The position numbers and the translations under genes were made by a program. A DNA stretch of 64,000 bases from Tubulanus polymorphus (Eukaryota; Animalia; Nemertea): contig NC_134033.1 of the NCBI RefSeq assembly GCF_964204645.1, forward strand, positions 8,130,655-8,194,654, written 5' to 3'. Below the pieces are notes generated by a model. The model ran no database searches. It was not told the origin of the DNA and saw only the letters and a program-made list of their open reading frames with translations. Below are positions 57,245-64,000 of the stretch, piece by piece (within the stretch, counting starts at the first letter, position 1; every line of letters starts with the position of its first letter).

Positions 57245-59424
57245 CACTTGTCTATTTAGATTTGTGCTTATGCATATTTTATGTTCCTCAATCATTAAAT
57301 TAAATGACATTAAATGGTATCAAATTATGGCTCCCCGGTGGGAAGACATTTCACTCTGCGTCTGCCGTTTCCTGACACCTCGTTAGCACAATACAGGCTG
57401 CAATTCTTGATAGATTTTTCTTTAGTGGGTGGACATGTGAGATATGTGCCCCTATCGAAAAGAGAGGTAGTTGGTTATCAAATAGGGCCATCAGGGTAGC
57501 CATCTTGAATTTCTTGTTAGCACAGTACAGCCTACAATTCTTGATAGGTTTTGATGAATCTTTGTCTTGATTGGGGTTGGTGAGATGTCTACCCCTATTG
57601 AAAATAGAGAAGGGCAGCCATCTTTAATTCCAGCCTCTCGTTCCACATTGATTTTCATGCAATTCAGTTGATGGGTTTAAAACTTTTTACCCCGGGGAGA
57701 CATACATGGCTTTGCCACATTCTAGTTGTCAGATTGTGAACCATTTCGCCTAGTAGGCATTGTGTTCCTAGAACCGATGCTTTGTAATTTGCCAAATGAT
57801 GTAAAATTCTCTAGACTTTTACAAACTCCCTTTTATCGACAAGTATTTTGTAACTTAGAAAGATCATTTCAGAACATTCAAAAAATGTTCTTCCTTGTGT
57901 TCATTGTTTGTTATTAGGCTATGTAATGTGGCATCCAATTGGCTGCACACATTTTTCAATGATTCGTAAACTAGCGCAGACAGCATAACATTTTCATTGA
58001 TGAATATTTCCAACAATTCATTTTTGTTTTCATTGCCCCGAGGTTGATGACAATTTTACTCACACTAGTGCCACTGGGTTTAAACATAATTTCAAAATAG
58101 CGCTATGCAATTCTACACACATTGACTCGACAGCAGTCGCTTTTTTGATCGTCATGTGATTACTATTTCATGACTGATTGGTTGCTGTATGGAAAAATGT
58201 TCAAGACCCTCAAACCTTTCTGATTTATCTGGAATCTTAATGAACTGTCATCTGTATTCTGTTTGCCATTGATATCAATAGTTGAACGTCCATTTTTTAA
58301 CCCAAACTATAAAAGCATTTGTGTATAGTATCCCTGCTATGAATTTAGTTAGTATATCAATTACGTCGTATGTTATAAATGACTTTTTCAGCACCCAAGT
58401 TTACACAATGTACCAGTCAGTCAATAAAATATGGGAACCCGGGGATTAGTGCTTTAGCAATGGTGTTCAATACGCTCAAGTACGATTTTCACACTGCTAC
58501 CGTGGGGTAATACATTTGCAGTCCATAGTTTTTTGCTTCGGATCTCGGAAATCAGGTGCTGTGGATCATAAAGAGTATCTAGCGCTATGGATGTGGTAAC
58601 AATGCGCGAAAATTATATTCCGTTAAATGTCGATAGCTTACATTTGTGAAAACATGGATTAGAAATTCTGTACTAGAGAGTCCCATGATGTCATCATATT
58701 CAAATCCCTGCTGCAGGAGGACAGGTCTACTATAATAATGTGATTAAATGCATTTAGGTTTTAGAAAAACATCACCCACTGAGCTCATGGGGGTTCCGTT
58801 GATAGGAAATTCCCAGGTAAATGGCATTTCTTGTATTCAAAACCAAATTATCACAACAATTTTTGAGGGACTGTTTTTTCGAGTAAATTATGTAAATAGA
58901 TTCGTGATGTTAATTATTACTCCATGTAATTGATGAAGATTTGAAAATATATTTCATCCAGAGATAACCTGTTGCTTTTGCTTAATACTTTTTTTGGTGT
59001 TGGGAAATTTCAACAAACACATGCAGTAAGATGAAAACGGAAAAAAGCCTAGGACGATTCCTCCTCCACATCCTTCCTCAGTAAGGATTCAAACCTGATG
59101 ACCTCACGAGACAAGGTCACATGTAGACACATGCCCCTTTAGCAGGGCATCATGGGAATCACTGTACAAACCCCTGTCGTAGTAGACACATCCTCCCTCA
59201 GCAGAGATTCAAAACTGAAAACATCATGAGACTATGTCACAGTACAAATCCCTGTCCTAGTTGACACATCCTCCGTCAGTAGGGATTAAAACCTGGTGGC
59301 ATTGTGAGATTGTTGCAGTACAGATCCCTTCCCTAGTAGACACATCCTCTGTCCCTCAGTAGGGATTCAAAGTTGATGACATCATGAGACTACTACAGTA
59401 CGAACCCCTACCCTGTGGACACAT

Positions 59425-60137
59425 CAGAGATGAGAATTCCCCGCGGATCCGCGGTTTCCCGCGGATTTCAGTATTGAAAAATATCAATTTTCCAAATAGT
59501 CCAAAAATGATGTAAAAGTATGGGGGGGGGGGTGATGATCTCACTCAATTGGTCCGGCGCGATCGGTAATCAGGTGAACCGTAAAAGCGTTCAGTGCCTG
59601 TTTTACTTATCGTCACGTAAAAGTATCGCATTTCAATGCATATTCATTGCAACACAGTGATTTTGTATGTACATTTGTACTACGATGAGTTTGTATGTAT
59701 TTTATCGATCGGTTGCAGACACGCACGCACAGCAACAGTAGTAACGTATATAGGTCTAATTACTGTTGCTGCGTGTGTGTGGCGAACGCTTTCGGATATT
59801 ATACACTACTTGGTGATGATTTTTAGTGAGCATTCATCGGCGCATTTTTACTGCAATAATTCAGGGCTCGACCCGTAATGCATGAGATGCTGAATGTCAT
59901 CAAATGAGGATGTACCACATTGGAACTAGCCATTACCTTCCAAAATATAATAGTCGTTCATGGGTTCGAGATCGCTCTAAGTGCTCGGAAAACGTATTTA
60001 ATTTCTAAAATTTTCTTGGGGGAGGGCCCCCAAACCCCCCCGAAATAGCTTCGCGCCTTCGGCGCTCGCTAGTGGTTCGCGTATGTCGCTCAAGAAAAAT
60101 AACCCGCGGATTTTACAGGTCGGCGTTCTCATCCCTG
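59425..60137. mobile_element. hAT-like MITE with 6-bp TSD
   Basis: CAGAGATGAGAA / TTCTCATCCCTG; TSD ACACAT. Confidence 0.8.
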
Positions 60138-60153
60138 ACACATCCTCCCTTAA

Positions 60154-60773
60154 AGGGGAACTGCAGTGAAAAATTATTTGTATCTATATGTGTTAGAACC
60201 CTTATAAATACATTTTCAAAACAGCAGAAAAACATTTTATCTAATACTTAATCCAAAATAGAGGGTTTGTAGAGTGCCTGGCTGCCGCCATTTTCTCGCG
60301 TAGCAGACGCTTTTCTCTGGGCTGTGATGTAGCTCGCCCCCTGTGATACGTGTTACTGCTGCTATTCATAGTGTTTTCATCAATTGAAGTCCAATAACAG
60401 TTCTAAACTGCTGCATAATGCCACATCAGCAATTATTTGGTTATGTTTCACACAGTGAGTGGATCAATAAATATAAAGACCCCACTGGCAGCTCAGCAGG
60501 AGTATTTTCAACTGAGATCTTCAATGAGTGTATCTATTTGTGTACACACTGGAATGTGTGATGGGCCAGGATACATCATCAATGTTTACATGCCTCCCCT
60601 TGGAATTTAAATATGGCGGCTCTCATCTGCTGCAAATTCTGCTGATAACAGTATTAAAATCGTTGTATACAAGTTAATTAGGAAGAATTAGAAATATCAA
60701 CTAGCATTATGCTAAACTAACAACAAGAGTAGAAATGAATGGCCAATTATAATATTTTGACTGCAGTTCCCCT
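60154..60773. mobile_element. Kolobok-like MITE
   Basis: AGGGGAACTGCAGT TIRs with TTAA TSD. Confidence 0.8.
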
Positions 60774-62207
60774 TTAATAGCAAGGATTTGAACCTGATGA
60801 CATCAGCTTTTCGCTCATCTGAAGCATAACCCAATCCAAAATTGCCTTTATTTTTGTGTAAGTTCAGTCTACTGAAATGCAAATATATAGTGAAACTTGG
60901 AAAAAGTTGGGACCGACTATTGCCCAACATAAAAAATTCTGACCAAGGCGTTTGTAGGGACATTTTCAATGAAAAAGTTTGACTATGAAAATATAAATCC
61001 AAATGGAAATCCTTATGTACTTAATAAAAAAGATGCCTAAGTTTAGAAAATTTAACAAAATAGACAATTACATGACACTTGATCCTTTTGAAATTTTTCA
61101 TTTGGACTTAAGGGAATAATAAAATGTTTGTCTGACTTGATATTTGTCGACAAGTATGCATTATCCAATTTACAAAATCTGGCTTAAGATTGATTTTAAT
61201 TTGAAAATTATCTGGCTAATTCTAGACTTAGAAATTCCATCTGTCTTGTCCAATTTTTTTTATAAATGGTGATCCAACCTAAACGAAAGGTTTGGGGTTG
61301 GGGTTATTGGCCCACAAAAACTAGGGAGTGCTGAGGGAACATCCCTAAATTTGAAATAACTAAGATTGAAAATGAATGAATGTTTTTCAGAACATTTTGA
61401 ACAGTCTTCGATGGAACATTCTCAACTCGGAGATGTGGAAAAATTAAAACCTCGGGTGAGTTAATCAAGAAATTGTTAAGGAATCAAAACTTGGTAGCTT
61501 CACATTTCTTAGAAATTATCTTTTAACCGCTCAAAGGTTTTCAATTGTTTCTGGAGTCTTATTTTCCCAGGGTTTCAATTAAATGCACGAAATTCATGAA
61601 TTCTGCTGGAGCTGCCGTTTTTGTTTTGATTGAAGACTAAAGGGACATCTTTCGAATGTCTGGCAAACAAAATAGCGAGGGCATAGGCCTGTTGATTAAA
61701 TTTGAAATGCTTGGGTGGTGGGCAATTACATGAACCATTCACTATTTCATGTTGCAGAGCACAGACAAAGCCGTCGTCGCACAAGTATTTTTAGCATTTG
61801 TTGATGTCTATGACGTTGTGATCGCGCAGGAATGCCTTACTAAAATTAAATCCATTTTATGATGACACGAAACATCAAACGGTAAAAGAACCGACCAGCC
61901 ATGATATGATATCACCAATGAAGATAGATTATTTTATTCAATTTTACCAGAATAAATAACGAGATGAGTAGTACTGTATAGGTTAACTATTCATTTGACG
62001 CGCAAGTACTCTGAGAAGCTTATTAAGCCTCACAAAGGAATACCCTAGTTTCTGAATAAAGTCAAATGCCGCTTGTGTAAAAAAAAACCCCAATAAAAAT
62101 TGAAAAAAAATCAAATGCGCTCGCCGCATCGGATAAGCATCAGTCGTCTTTAAAAAAAAAAAAGTAAAACCTGCTCGCTCGCATAGCTGTATAGTGTACG
62201 ACAGTGG

Positions 62208-63306
62208 TTTTTTATACCCCCAGAAAGAAAGTGTAGGGGGTATACAGGAGTCGGGTCGTCCGTCCGCGGACACAATCTTGTCCGGAGATCTTCTAAACTA
62301 CTGGATCTCTCTTCTTGTAACTTTACACGTATGTCTGTCTGGTAGTTGTGCATGTACGTTTTTTTTTGTAATTGGATCCAAGATGGCCGACTTGTGGCCA
62401 TATTGGTTTTTTGGATGCTTAATCCATGAAAAAGATGATGTCAGATAAACTTCTTAATTGAAGCAGATTTGATAATGAAAATGTATTCACTTCGAATACA
62501 TTCCCTGGGAAAATACACTATAGCCTTGTTATATTGCTTTTGGTTAGGCAAATAATGCCCGAATCAACTTTTGCTAGCGGCGCCGTAACAAACCGCCATC
62601 TAGCATCATCTTTTTGCTTGGCGCTTGTTCTCCAGAGAATGTCATTCGCCAGTGCTCGTAAATCGTTTTAAATTTTCTACGAGATGTAGGCGCCAGCGTT
62701 CTAATAAAAAACAACGTCGTTCATCGTCCCACCCCAGCTCTGGGTTAAGGTCTCGTCCTAGGTCACGATCTAGTTTATGAAACCTGTATTTTCTAAGGTA
62801 GGTATTCCCCATAAGTACCAATTTTTTAACACAATTGGGATGTTGCAGATATGTAGTTGGTGCTATTCCATGTGGCCACTAGGGGGTGCTCAATAGATGA
62901 AAAAGTGACAGCTGCAGATCACCTTGTAAACGAAACATATTTCATTATGTCTCCCTGGTAGGGATTGTGGTACATGAGATTTCCACCATCAAATATGGCC
63001 GCCATGGCAGCCATCTTGATTTTTTAAATTAGTACAATACAGCCTGTAATTCGTAATGGATTCCATGAAATTTAGTGACTGAGTTTGGGCGGGAAAGATG
63101 TGCACCCCTATCAAAAATTGAGGTCATCAAATATGGCCATTTTGAATTTATTGTTTAGCACAATACAGCCTGGAATATCTGATGGATATCCATGAAACTT
63201 GATGTGAAAGTTAAGACAGGTTTATCTGTGTTCGACTCTAATTCTTACAAAGTGGGGGAGAGTGTATTGCGGGGGATATTTAAGGCCGCAATGCGTAATT
63301 CTAGTT
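62208..63306 (+). mobile_element. DINE-1/Helentron-like element
   Basis: TTTTATACCCCC subTIR, inner GGGGGTATA, GTCC microsatellite, 3' GGGGGATA plus short hairpin plus CTAGTT. Confidence 0.68.
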
Positions 63307-63533
63307 AATTCTTAGGGAATTAGTGATGAGAAACCAAATACTGAAAAATAGCAATTTCAATGACACTTATGAATCTATAATACTGAAAGAAGATTTTTGT
63401 TCAACAAAAAGCAATGTTCATGTTGGACCTGGGTTTAGGAGGTTATTTTGGGGATGTCAACAGATATACCTGTTTTTGCGATCTGAACACAAAACTTAAG
63501 CCTTTAGGTTGTGTATATGTACATACATTCAAG

Positions 63534-63686
63534 ACGATAATGGAACGTGTATTTTTGCATCGCAGAATGTTTCTGTAACAGTAGAACCAATCAGGATCGA
63601 CACATCTTTGATGGCGATGAAAGATTTCACTAGTCAACAGTGTGAAGAAAATATACCTTCATCTGATGAAAAACTGGAAAATTTAG
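63534..63686 (+). CDS. Possible further EMSY exon
   Basis: Open 153-bp segment (DNGTCIFASQNV...EKLENL), phase 1-1, compatible with the donor at 51182; weak acceptor. Confidence 0.3.
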
Positions 63687-64000
63687 GTAATAAATGAGAA
63701 AACTAACTGGAAAATTGTTCACATCTTGAAAAATAACATGTATATTTCTTAGTATGGTCGACAATAAATGATACCATATAAATCATATAATATTAAGGGT
63801 CAATAAAGTTATTTTGTATTTGAATAGCAACAATTGAACTGAATTAACCGGTTACCAGTCTAGCCTCGATATTTTGATGACGTAGTGCACATCCTGTCAA
63901 AAATAACTATCAAAATTTATCAAAAATAAAATTAGAGTTTCGAAATATTTTTGATTACAAAATAAACGTCAAAATTCACAATTATAATTCAGAGCTTCCA

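Larger units (their letters stand above)
59060..60805 (-). repeat. 76-78-bp minisatellite family (as at 16670/22930), reverse orientation, split by two MITEs
   Basis: GTAGACACATCCTCCCCTCAGCAG.GATTCAAAACTGA..ACATCATGAGAC units; a single + copy near 58684-58732. Confidence 0.8.

Overview
AT-rich, repeat-dense eukaryotic DNA, most likely from a spiralian/lophotrochozoan invertebrate (inferred from a spiralian-type TALE homeobox gene). The main gene is a + strand EMSY orthologue (N-terminal ENT domain). I traced 16 phase-consistent coding exons from 10312 to about 51200. Its introns hold two independently inserted DIRS1-like tyrosine-recombinase retrotransposons: one intact (16814-22929) and one decayed (26275-31847). 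An intronless antisense TALE homeobox gene lies at 36393-37508. Many nested non-autonomous elements are present: Helentron/DINE-like elements with ~146-bp internal arrays, hAT-, MULE-, Tc1-, Harbinger-, Kolobok- and P-like MITEs, and a Penelope-type hammerhead ribozyme insert. Upstream are two oppositely oriented 64-bp satellite arrays and palindromic MITEs carrying tRNA-like and TTAGGG sequence. The most interesting signal is the DIRS gag end: a TCC_TTT_CGG motif (+1 frameshift type) leads into pol, and a single TGA separates gag from an in-frame YR ORF. ITR/ICR co-variation records the replication mechanism. All coordinates were read by eye; TE family assignments rest on TIR/TSD structure, not database searches.
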